DNA of 64,000 nt, taken from the human T2T-CHM13v2.0 reference genome, Homo sapiens. A program made the translations under genes and the position numbers. The stretch lies in assembly GCF_009914755.1 (NCBI RefSeq), contig NC_060938.1; one strand, given 5' to 3'. Under the pieces are notes generated by a model. The model had not been told where the DNA came from. It searched no databases and saw nothing but the letters and a program-made list of their open reading frames with translations. Positions 39,901 through 53,149 of the stretch are shown piece by piece. Each line of letters begins with the position of its first letter. Position 1 is the first letter of the stretch.

Positions 39901-41569
39901 GAAAAACACGGTACTTTAGTGTATTTACAATGAACTTCTGACTGTAAGTTTATACTTGGGATAGCAGTGAAATTAGAAAATTTATCTTATCGGGGAAATT
40001 ATAGTCCACTGAAAATTGATACTAAGCATTACATGCCAATATAATTCCTTGCTTTTTTTTTTTCTAACAATCCTATTTAGTTTGAGAGAAATTACAGAGA
40101 AAACGAAATGAATGATTTGGGGTTGGACATTAAAAGTTAGGTGAAATTTAGGAATCTCAGAAAAATCTTATTTTTAAAGTTAATGGCTTTAATCAACTTT
40201 CTGCCTTTCAGATGATCCATCAGTTTAAGCCTATTCCTAGATCCTTTATTCTAGGAAGGGTAAAGCAAGAGTTCAGGGAAGACAGTCCCTAGTCTTATAT
40301 TACTGGTTGTTATGCTGCTACCAGTACCACATATGTCTTTCATCTTTGTCTCTTCTGTGGATCTGTGATTTGCAGACATCTGATGCCTCAACTCTTTTCC
40401 TTTAGCTTCCAACTTTTGTTAACTTCCAACCTTTGTTCCCAGGCCTGGATATTAGCAGCTTTATTCCTCAAGCAGTGGCTTACACCAATTGTCCCTTCCT
40501 CAAAAAAAAAAAAAAAAAAAAAAAAAAATTCTGGACGCAACCCAGCCTGCCTTGTTAAAATCTTCACTGCTTGTTGCTCTCATTTGACATTTGCCAACTG
40601 CTCTCTTACATGAAACAGATTTTATGCCTGCATTTCTACACTTCAGTCACCTCGGGATCCAAAATCTGCCATGTCCATAGATTTGTTATAGCCTGCCAAC
40701 TGTCCCCTGTGCCAGATGGTCTGCCTGTGGACGTTTTCAGTATAGATCTTCAGAGTTCCCTAAACCCTTGAACTTAGCCTCTATTAACCTGGGTTGAGTG
40801 ACTCTTTCACTCAGTAAGATAATGGTCTTCCTGAGGTAGACCCGTTTCTATTTTAGTCACTGCTGAATCCCCAGTATGCAATTAATATTTAAATAAATGA
40901 TTTACTTCTTTTACCTTAGATTGCTCGTGTTTATAAAAAGTGCATATAATTATGTGTTTAAATCTCTGAAAATATGGTTACACTTCCTACAACTTTGCTT
41001 TTCAAGTCTTGCATCAGATTAAATAAGTATTTAAACCATCATTTCCAAATCAGGAAACTATAGTAAAGTTTGTTCTCTTATTTTTTTAATGATATACTAT
41101 GTTCAAGACAGCATTCACATGGTTCTGAAAATAATTGGCTCCTTAAAAACAAAACTGCTATAAGTACTGATGAATTTTGTAGCCTTCTTAATAATACATC
41201 TTCACCAAGGAATCATACATTGTTTACTCTGAATAAGATATATTATGTATTAATGGCACAGTATAACATCTGAAAGAACAAAAATTGATCCTGGTGGAGG
41301 GGGAGAATCTTATTCTTCATATGTATAAAGCACAGATATTCATACATTACATAACAAATATATACTGTATTTGTATTATCAACATTTTGTGGGGAATCAG
41401 TAGGAGAAAATGTTTAAAACGTCTCCTTGTGGGAGGCAACAGGAAAAATAAATTAAGAAACTCTGTGGTACATAAAGGTAAAAAAAGAGCTTCATCCCTG
41501 TTTTGGAGAGAGCATCCAAGTTAACAGGCAAAATTTGCCAGAGATTTGATTCTTTTAAGAGATGGTGTG

Positions 41570-41868
41570 GGCCGGGTGTGGTGGCTCACTCCTGTAATCC
41601 CAGGACTTTGGGAGGCCGAGGTGGGCGGATCACGAGGTCAAGAGATCGAGACCATCCTGGCCAACATGGTGAAACCCCGTCTCTACTAAAAATACAAAAG
41701 TTAGCTGGGCATGGTGGTGTGTTCCTGTAATCCCAGCTACTCCAGAGGCTGAAGCAGGAGAATCGCTTGAACCCAGAACCCGGGAAGTGGAGGTTGCAGT
41801 GAGCAGAGATTGAGCCACTGCACTCCAGCCTGGTGACAGAAGGAAATTCTGTCTCAAAAAAAAAAAAA
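41570..41868 (+). mobile_element. AluSc
   Basis: Diagnostic gatcacgaggtcaagagatcgagaccatcc and cctggtgacag; TSD aagag(a/g)tggtgtg. Confidence 0.95.
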
Positions 41869-41949
41869 GAGGTGGTGTGTACTGAGAAAACTATGAGCAC
41901 ATCCTAGAAGCTGATGTGATCAACACAGAAGAACATAATCACAAGGTAA

Positions 41950-42293
<344 letters not shown>

Positions 42294-44838
42294 TAATGTA
42301 CTATTTTTAAACAATATTTCAATATTTTAATTAGGCTAATCTATATCCTATAAACAGCTCATTTAATACACACACATAACCATTTTACAATAATGCCAGA
42401 TTATTTTGTAAAACTATATAGTTATGTGAAATATGTATTTTAGTTTGAAATAGCAAAATCAGATTTCAAGAGCTGTGTTGTCTCATGTATCACAAAGTTC
42501 ATTTAGCCACAGCTACTCCTAAGAATGAACTATTTTTTCCAGACATAATCCATTTCAGTTATAGCTAACTTTTCCTATTTCAAAGGTCCTATATACTCTA
42601 ACAAGAGAGCACTCTTCACAACACAAGTACAGTCAGAGTGCAGAGTACTCAATCACAACACAAGTACAATCATGACTCAAACAATTGAAAAAAATTTTTT
42701 GGATTGATGACTTACATTAGTTTCACTGACCTTAACCATCCCCTCCTTTGCGAAACCTTTTCTGTTTTGTCGACTAAATGAACACACTTTTTTACCTGTA
42801 GCCATGGATCTGGAACACCACAATTTTACATTCATTTCTTTGATATTCCCATTACATGTTAAAGACAACCAATTAAATCATATCTTAAAAGGTCTTATCT
42901 GTAGAGTCTTTTGGTAACATTTCACCGATTTTTAAATTCCTTCATTTCTGATTTTTTAACATAGTTTGAGGTGCTGCATATTCCAGGTTCCTCTTTGACC
43001 AATCTGAGAGCATTATTGAATCCCCTGCTCTTACTTAGCTCTGATGTTCTAATTTCATTACATTTTTCTTTCTGTTTATAGACATACTCATCAACTTCCA
43101 GGAGTTTGACAGCATTCATTTGCCAAACTGTGTTTGGGTGCAAGGTGCCAGATATACAAAGGTAGACTAGATATACTCCTGCCTTCTAGAAGCTCTGATA
43201 ACATCTTTCCTATATATTTCCAACACAACTTTAGAAATCTTCACCTTTAAGCACTGTGAACATCTCAAACTTACAATACATAAACTTTTGACCCTAAAAT
43301 TTACTGTTCTTTAATTTGATAGATGGCACAATATCCACCATTAAAAAATATAATTAACTTACTCTCTTGCCTCTACTCAAACTTCAGAATCAAAGAGTAA
43401 ATTTAATTTATTTCACATTCACATCTTTTAATTCAGGACTCTATTAATGATTTTAGATATTCATTAATGCTAGTTTCAAATCTGGTTTCTCCAACTACAA
43501 CTTGAGTGATTTTGAACAGGACAAAATCCTTATATCTCAAGTACTTTGTTGGTACAACAGAAATAACCTCCAACTAACAGGATGTTGAAGAAACATGTAA
43601 AGAGCATAGCACATAGTATTACTGAATACATTTTGATATTTTCTCTTCCCCAAATATTTCTTCTTTTCTGGTGTTACTGATGTAGATTATGTATTATTTG
43701 GTTCCATCTGGATATCCCACTACAGATTTACTTTCCTCTCTTCTCTGTCAACTCCACAATGTTATTAAATTGATTATTCTGCTGAAAGACTTCCAGACTT
43801 ACTAATTGTTCACAATAAAATATAAATAAACACAATAAAATATTAATTCCTCACAGTAAAATATTAATTCCCACAGCATATCACCACATTTTATGCACTT
43901 CTGTGTACACCCCACAAGGCTCAGTCTTAGGCATAGAACACATATTTTTCAAATGTCTTCTGATTTTGTTCACTTCCCTTATAAAAATGTGTGCATAAAG
44001 TCCATACTACATCTTTGTAGATATTCATATTTGAAAGAGGGCAGTTATATTTAAGCTAATGTTTACTTAAGAATTATGTGAGTAAGAGAGAAGGAAGTGA
44101 GTTTAGGCACAGCATCTAACAGATTTATAAAATCAAACCTTCTCTTACTAAATCTTCTGCTTTGTGAACATCTTTCTGCTTAATTTGTTTTGTTTAGGAA
44201 ATTTTAAAAAGTCCATAGTCACATAATCTACATGCTCTCAGTTGGAGCCTATGCTTCCTTAATATTTATCTTTCTGATGCTTTCCCTATATTGGATATTA
44301 CATCTGGATAACAATGCAATGAAAAGTAGGAAGACTTCCCCATTGAGGTTCACTTCATCTGCATTCCTATGGTTGGTATGACCTCAATCATTACAGGAAA
44401 ATGTAGGTTCCTGCTGTTTTCCTCACATGACTCTAGATCCCAACACCTTGGTTATTGGATATGACATTTAGTACTATGAAACTTTTTTGGAGAAAACTCA
44501 ATTCTGTTTGAGAACTGAGCAATTATGTACCACCTTTCATATCCTCTTGCTGTTTCTTCCAGATTTAACAAAATATGGCAGTTTTTCTTTCTAGTGTGTA
44601 GTCTCATGTCAGGGCATATTTTCTTCCTAGTTTGTAGTGTAACGTTTGCAGAACTCATTTTCTGATTTTCACGTCTTTAAACTCTGATTAAGTCAAGTTA
44701 CTTGTTATCACCAGTAATTTGGAAATATCAATTATTTCACAGATGAATACAACAGATTTGGCAGAATATGAAAATGCCTGGTAATCAAAATTATGACTAT
44801 CCTCAGCTCTACAGGATTAGTTTCTTTCAGTGGTCTAA

Positions 44839-45246
<408 letters not shown>

Positions 45247-45280
45247 AATTTTTTTTTTTTGTATCTAAGCTTAGAACATT

Positions 45281-45560
45281 GTTGTTTGTTTGTTTGTTTG
45301 TTTGTTTGTTTGTTTGTTTTTTGAGACAAGGTCTTGCTCTGGTGCCCAGGCTGGAGTGCAGTGGCACAAGTGATTCTCTCACCTCAGCCTCCCAAGTACC
45401 TGAGATTATAGGCATATGCCACCACATCTGGCTAAGTTTTTGTAGAGATGGGGTTTCACCATGTTGCGCAGATTAGTCTCAACCTCCGGGGATCAAGCAG
45501 TCTGACTCCCTCAGCCTCCCAAAGTGCTGGAATTATAAATATGAGCCACCATGCCCAGCC
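45281..45560 (-). mobile_element. AluJ-like with internal deletion and (GTTT)n tail
   Basis: gagtgcagtggcacaag joins directly to tgattctctcacctcagcc; TSD cattgtt. Confidence 0.9.
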
Positions 45561-46059
45561 CATTGTTTATTTTTTGAAGTGAATAAAATGTATAAGTTAT
45601 TCCATAACTGTATTAATTCCAGTGATGAAGCAAAGTGTAAATGTGTGGTTTCTTATTAAATTTATATATTTGGTTATGTTTTTCAGGTCTAATTTCTATT
45701 CCTTTTTAAGTGAATAAGATGTGATGCTGTGCTATGGAAATTAATATTTTATTATGGGCAACTGATAAATCTGGAAGTCTTTCAGCAGAATAATCAATCT
45801 AGTCACATTGTGGAGTTTAGGCAAGTCTTAACAGAGACTAGAGGAAAGGAAATCTGTACTGGGATATCCAGATGGCATCAAATAAGCATATAATCTACAT
45901 CAGTAACACCAGAAAAGAAGAAACATTTGGAGAAGGGAAGACATCAAAATCAATTCAGTACATACTATTTGGTATGCTCTTTACAGTTTCCCTCAAGTAA
46001 TTCTGACATCTTATTAGAGCTTATTTCTATTGGACCAATAAAGGAATTGATATACTTAC

Positions 46060-46121
46060 CTTACGATGGGAACTTGTTAAGCATTCTGTTCTTCAAGCAG
46101 TGGTAAAATTGCGAACACATC
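46060..46121 (-). other. Candidate spliced non-coding exon (62 nt)
   Basis: Minus strand: ctaattcttcttcag|GATGTG...CGTAAG|gtaagt (consensus donor); stop codons in all three frames; no transcript evidence available. Confidence 0.4.
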
Positions 46122-46322
46122 CTGAAGAAGAATTAGTGGCAAAATTGTGAACACAACCTGAACTTTTCTACTCTGCTGCCACCACTGTCTTTATCTAAGA
46201 CACTCATACATTTATCTAACTAAAATTTAATTCAAGGTTCTACTTTTTTCTGTCTCCTTATAGTACTCTGTAACTCTAGTTTTTAGCAAAGTCATATTCT
46301 GAGGTATATTATTGTTGGTTTT

Positions 46323-46626
<304 letters not shown>

Positions 46627-47027
46627 TTATTGTTGGTTTTGTATGTGTTATTTCTGTTACCAAAATTGAAGACTTGCAGATAAGTCATATTATTATTTTT
46701 TAAACTCTCACCTATGATTGTGAATTTCTCTGCCTTTCTGTATTTCTATCAATTGTATCTTCTCGTATTTTGAAATTCTATATTTACAGTCATATGTATT
46801 TAAGATGGTTACGACTTTTTGATAAAGTTTACTCATATATCATTACAAAATATTTTTATCTATAGCATAGTTTTTTGTCATCAAATCTACTTTATCTAAT
46901 ATTAATATAGCCATACCAGTTCTCTAATTTTTATTGTTTGCATAGAAGATAGTTTTCTACTATTTTGCTTTCAAACTATAAAGTCCTATAATTTATAATA
47001 TATTTCTTCTAAATAAACTACAGTTAG

Positions 47028-47331
<304 letters not shown>

Positions 47332-47366
47332 GCTTGTTTGTTGCTGTTAACCTAATCTGAAAACTT

Positions 47367-47731
47367 CTCTTTTTTAATAGCAATGTTTGGACCATTTACA
47401 TTTAATATAAATGTTTATATGCCAGGATTTAAATCTACCATGTTGGCACATATCCCCTATTTTTCCAATCTATTATTTGTTCTTCCCTCTCTTTTTTAAT
47501 AGAAGTGTTTGGACCATTTACATTTAATATAAATGTTTATATGCCATGATTTAAATCTACCATGTTGGCACATGTCCCCTGTTTTTCCAATCTATTATTT
47601 GTTCCTCCCTCTCTTTTTTAACAGAAGTGTTTGGACCATTTACATTTAATATAAATGTTTATGTGCCATGATTTAAATCTACCATGTTGGCATATGTCCC
47701 CTATTTTTCCAATCTATTATTTGTTCCCCCT
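47367..47731 (+). repeat. Tandem array, 3 copies of a 122-bp unit
   Basis: Units start at 47367, 47489, 47611; about 5-6 differences between adjacent copies by eye. Confidence 0.97.
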
Positions 47732-48452
47732 GTTTTAAATATCTTATCTTCATATTGTTTAATCAAATTTTAAAAAATAGTTTATCTCTTTTATGAATTT
47801 TTAGTTAAATATTTTTGGACTAATTTAGAGACTACTCTAGAGATGCTAGTATACATTTTAAATTTTTACAATCTATCAAATACATTTTTAAACTAACTTT
47901 ATAGACACTATAAGAACCTTACAATAGTAAAGTTTCATTTACCTCCTCATGCCCTCAGGCTCACATTTGTCATTATGTATTTCTACATATGCAATAATCC
48001 CATCATATATTGTTGTTACTTTTTCTTAAAATAATCACTAGAGAGTACATACATAATATATATACACACATACATATAGGCATGTGTATATACATATACA
48101 TACACAGATGTATGTGTTTAACTTTTAAAATATATTTTATAATTATCCACCTATTTATATTTTTTGAGCAGTTAAACATTTTTATTTGTAATCATTTCTT
48201 TTAGTTTGAAGAACTTTCAGTATTTTTTGTAGTACAGGTGGGCTGGAGACGAAGTCTCCCTGAAAATATTATTATTTTGCCTTCATAGTTACATGATATT
48301 TCAACTGAAATATAATTGATATAGAAGGAAGAGTTTATGTTTTCCTCCAACTGCACATTATAAAAATGCTCTTTCTTTGTCTTCTGACCTTCATTATTTC
48401 CGATGAGATGTACTCATTGTTTTTATTGTAATGGGCCTTGCCCTGGACTCTA

Positions 48453-48694
48453 GAAGCTTTGAGATCAGCCTAACCAACGTGGTGAAACCCCATCTCTACT
48501 GAAAATACAAAAATTAGCCAGGTGTGGTGGTGGGTGCCTGTAATCCCAGCTACTCAGGAGGCTGAAGGGGGAGAATCACCTGAACCCAGGAGGGAGAGGT
48601 TGCAGCGAGCCAAGATCATGCCACTGCACTCCAGCCTTGGCGACAGAGCAAGACTCTGTCTCAAAAGAAAAAAAAAAGAAAGAAAAAAGAAAAA
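48453..48694 (+). mobile_element. AluS, 5'-truncated
   Basis: Begins at tttgagatcagcctaaccaacgtggtgaaaccc; complete right arm and A-rich tail. Confidence 0.93.
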
Positions 48695-48859
48695 GGGTTT
48701 TCTCTGTATCTTTGGTTTTGAGCAGTTTGACTGATATACCTAGATATGGTTTTCTTTGCATTTTCCCACTTGAAATGGATTCCTGTGATATATTGTACGT
48801 ACTTTAAATAATTTTCTGCACTATTTTATCTCTCCTCTTTTATTTTGTATTCCGATAAT

Positions 48860-48965
48860 GTCTCTCTCTGTCTCACACACACATACATATATACATATCT
48901 TATATATATGACAAATACATATATAAGACAGGTATATACATATTTATGTATATACACACACACAT
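48860..48965. repeat. (TC)/(CA)/(TA) compound microsatellite
   Basis: Directly visible. Confidence 0.75.
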
Positions 48966-49289
48966 TTTAATCTCAGTATGTTTGGCAGTTTAGTATTTTT
49001 TTTACTCATTATTATCTTTATGTTTTGGTTTGGCCTGTTTTCAGTTTCAATGATCTTTCTTCTGCTGAGTACAAAAGCAGATTAAATGACCACTTAAAGA
49101 TCATTAAGCAAGTTTTTATATTAATATATGTATAAATTGTTTTTAATATTTCAACTTGGTTTATGTTTTCTGCTTCTGCTGAGAATTTGAATATCATATA
49201 AGCAACTAAGAACAAATTTGTAAGCCATTTCCAATACGCATTTTAAAATAACTTATATTTATTGTGTATTATATATGTCATTCATATGC

Positions 49290-49455
49290 AAAATGTTATT
49301 CTCATTTAAACATCACAGGAGACAATTAATAGGTAGGAATACTGTTATATCCAATTCAGAGATAAAAAAAAAATCTGTAAAGTAATTAACCCTCAGTCAC
49401 AAAATCAGTATGTTTGCAAACTATATTTAACCCAGACTGTTTCTTAACCACTACC
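49290..49455. mobile_element. MIR relic
   Basis: tctcatttaaacatcaca...aggtaggaatactgttatatcc...agtaattaaccctcagtcaca...ttcttaaccactac. Confidence 0.55.
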
Positions 49456-50383
49456 TTAAAACTACAACATGCCTAGAAAATTAATGGGTACTATTTATTG
49501 AATAGTACTAAAGAGTTATACTAAATATCACAAATTGGCTACAACTGATCCTCTCATATTCTTACAAATAATACCCCTCTCAGAGACACCAATATACTGT
49601 GCATTTTATAAGTTGCTTTTAAGTTAACCAGTTGAACTCTGTGCAGGGTATTTTGGAAGGATGCAACTACATTGTTGTGGAATATAGTACAGCCATTCTA
49701 CAAGAGTGCAATAAAGCAATTGCCTATTTAAGAAATCTGGAGAATCAAACAACTGGCATACTTCAATTAAAGACCAAGACATGAAATGAGGAGGCTTAGC
49801 AAGAAATTAATAATGAAGAAAATTTTAGGAAAGCTTTGTATGTGCAGAATTACCTAGAAATACATCTGGCTTCTAATTCATAGCAATAACCTGTGTACTC
49901 TTGGAGTCACTGGCATCTCCTCCACTGTGAACACATTTTTATCCTTACTTAGATAGTTTTAGAGTATTGACAGTATTCTACTTCTATTCAGTCATCTAGG
50001 CATTGTCCAACATTTTTTACTTGGTATACATGAGAAAATTAAAATAATCATTTGGAAGTATAACTCATTTTGTGTCTCTATTTTACAATTGAGTATAATA
50101 ATGTCTTCCTAAGCCAAAAGGCAAGTGTCCAGAGACATCAATTTATTGAGTTCCCCCACAGGGCTAAAATTTTTTATGTGCAAGGTCAATTTATAACTGT
50201 CTTGGATCACTGATAAATTATGGTTCCCAATGATCATAAGAGTTAGTCTTCTCAAAGTTTCTTGGTGACTGTATTAATAAGATGGCAAACTCTGTTTAGT
50301 TTTTATTCATACAGGTATTTAAAAAACTATACCTAGTACTCAGACATGAGTTTCTGGTAACTCATCTAAAATAAATATTTGAA

Positions 50384-50690
50384 GGCTGGATGCAATGGCT
50401 CACGCCTGCAATCCCAGCACTTTGGGAGGCCAAGGCAGGCAGACCACTTCAGATCAGGAGTTTGAGACCAGCCTGGCCAACGTAGTGAAATTCCGTCTCC
50501 ACTACCAAACACAAAAATTAGCTGGGTGTGGTGGTGGGCACTTGTAACCCCAGCTACTCAGGAGGCTGAGACACGAGAATCTCTTGAACACAGGAGGTGG
50601 AGGTTGCAGTGAGCGGAGATCAAGCCACTGCACTCCAGCCTGGATGACAGAGCGAAACTCCATCTCAAAAAAAAAAAAAAAAAAAAAAAA
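50384..50690 (+). mobile_element. AluS
   Basis: Full dimer with 24-nt A tail. Confidence 0.95.
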
Positions 50691-51482
50691 GAGTACGTCA
50701 CTCAGAATCATGCCTCCTCTGACATGAGTCTGTTGTCCTTGTACTTAAACTACACCGCTAACACTCTGCTGTTTCTTGCTTTCTTATGTTACAAAGGCAT
50801 TCCTCTGAGGAGACTCTAGATGAAGCCTTTCTGTAAATTCTCTGGAAATGCTCAAATTTAGGATGAACAGAGCAAAAATATAATCCAAGGTGATCACAGG
50901 GAACACCTGCCATTTAACACACTTACATAAAGGTCTACCATATTATGCTTACAGAAACCCTCTAGGACTTTGTCTTTCAAATGCAAGACACAGAAAGTAG
51001 TGGAATAAGCCTTTTAAATGTCTGAAGAAGATGATTTGGACAACTTGTTTTGTAAAAGAGGAGCATTCAAGAACAAAAATTACATTTTAAGTTGGTGAAA
51101 GTTTAAATCATATGGGAATTACTGAAAAATACTTTTTGATAAAGGTAATCAGCTAGAAATTGACACCCCAGGGAACAATGGGAGTTATGATGAATTAATA
51201 TATGAAAATCAATTTGAAAGGGGAAATCATTATAGACTACTACCTTTGCTAGTGTGCTATCACATAAAAGTTTTTAGGTTTTTTTCCTTTTAAATTATAT
51301 ATTGATTATAAATGTTGCTTCATTGTTTTAAAAATAAAATATATACTGTCACAAAAAAATTCAGATTAAAAGACATAACAAAGAAGTGTAGATGGTTACA
51401 AATGTCTCCCCAAATAATATATGTAACAACTGAATTAGTCTCTCCTCTTATTTCTGATATTCTCACAATAAAAGAAAAAAGA

Positions 51483-51645
51483 GACCTGGCACAGTGGCTC
51501 ACACCTGTAATCCCAGCATTTTGGGAGGCCGAGGTGGGCAGATCACTTGAGTCCAGGAGTTTGAGACCAGCCTGGACAAAACAGTGAGTCCACCCCATCT
51601 CTATTTAAAAAAAAAAAGAAAGAAAGAAAGAAAAAAGAAAGAAAA
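51483..51645 (+). mobile_element. FLAM_C / AluJ left monomer with (GAAA)n tail
   Basis: cagtggctcacacctgtaatcccagc...gatcacttgagtccaggagtttgagaccagcc. Confidence 0.9.
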
Positions 51646-52650
51646 TACAGTAGTTTTAGTTGGTATTTTATAACTACTCGTGCTAAGTTTTATTAACCTT
51701 TGAAATATTTAATAGTGTTTTCCCCAGATTTCAAAATAATTAGATGTAGCATAAATTAAAACATATATTCTGTGATTTATCACCTAATTTCAGTAATTTT
51801 TTATAAAATCTTTGGAGGGTGCCAGTATCTCCCCATGAAAGTCTTAAGCCTGTAATTCTCATTTGTTTATTCCCTCTGTCACCCTAAAAACCTGAATATC
51901 TTACTGAGTTCTCCTCAAAATGTTCAACATGATCCAGCTGACCCAGCTTCAAGTTCCTAACTTCAAATGTGAATGACAGACAGTTACTATTATTGCCATC
52001 TCTACATTATCTCACTTAGAAAAGTGTTGTATTTCATTCACAATTGTTACCTATTTTTGCAAGTTTACCTGTCTCCAGCATTCTGTTCATTCAAATCCCC
52101 ATTTCTTATTCATTTACTCTTATGTGATGATTCGATAGAGTGCAGGTATTTTATTTCATTGAATTTTCATATATATTTTAGTCATATTTCTTGAAGAAAT
52201 TTAAATCATTAAAATATATTTAATAAGTATTGTTATTCATAGGTATGCAAGTTATGTGTTGAAATACTTCATACATTCATAAGCAGTATGCTGTGATATT
52301 GCATTTGAGGGGAATAAAAAAGTATGAGTAACTTAATATGTTATATTTCAATATAGTTGCTCAGGTATCTTAGATATATTATTTATTATTTTCTTGAAAT
52401 CAGTTTAGTTTCTATTCTGAGGCTTTGTCCTGCCACATAGAGCAAAATTGTCCCAAAGTTCCAGTTTCTATACAGAGCCAGGGTGTTGGAGAAGAATCTT
52501 AGTGACTGCTAGTGGTCCCTCTTTGCTCCTGCTGAGATGCCCATTGTACAGTCTGTAGAACTCCTCCATTCTATTAGATCTGTTGTTTCCAGAACAGCAT
52601 CTAGACCTCAGCAATTGCAATCCAGCCTCTAAAGCTACATCACACAGCCA

Positions 52651-52716
52651 TCTGCTCCCTCTTCTCCAAGTCTTATCACCTTGTGATCTGTGAGGACTTG
52701 GAGAAGAGGGAACAGA
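52651..52716. repeat. Inverted repeat forming a pre-miRNA-sized hairpin
   Basis: tccctcttctccaagtc (52656-52672) is the exact reverse complement of gacttggagaagaggga (52695-52711); arms extend to about 24 nt. Confidence 0.9.
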
Positions 52717-53149
52717 ACTCTGTTCTCTCTCTCTCTCTCTACTCTCTCTCTGGTAATCCCCAAACTCACCAATCAACTTTCAATTTTTTGTAATCTCTGA
52801 AAATTCTATCCATTCCCTACTTTTATATTCCTCAAATACATTCCCATAACAATCCTCTTAATGTGTTTGAACATCTACAAAAATCAAATAGAGATGTTCC
52901 ATGCAACTACAGCTTTCTGCCCTGCAAAAAGTATCCAAAGCAGGGAAATACAAAGGGCATGGGTATTTGCTTGGAAGTAACAAGAAGAAGTAGGGAATAT
53001 GGGGGGACAGAAATATAGAAACACACATTCCTGGCTGTACACATTACCTTAACATGTAAGCAAATATATTAGAAAAACAGGCTTTGCACGATTTTCCAAG
53101 GACACAGAGAGGATGACTGCTTTCTCACCCTGTTGTAGCCTCCTGGTTC

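Noticed and set aside
43810-43875. About 21-bp AT-rich triple repeat
   Set aside because: Ordinary slippage-type minisatellite.
47367-47731. CRISPR-like appearance of the repeated unit
   Set aside because: Contiguous 122-bp copies without unique spacers, in primate DNA with no cas genes.
52468-52776. 102-aa minus-strand ORF over the hairpin
   Set aside because: Non-ATG start, includes a translated (GA)n run, no recognisable homology.
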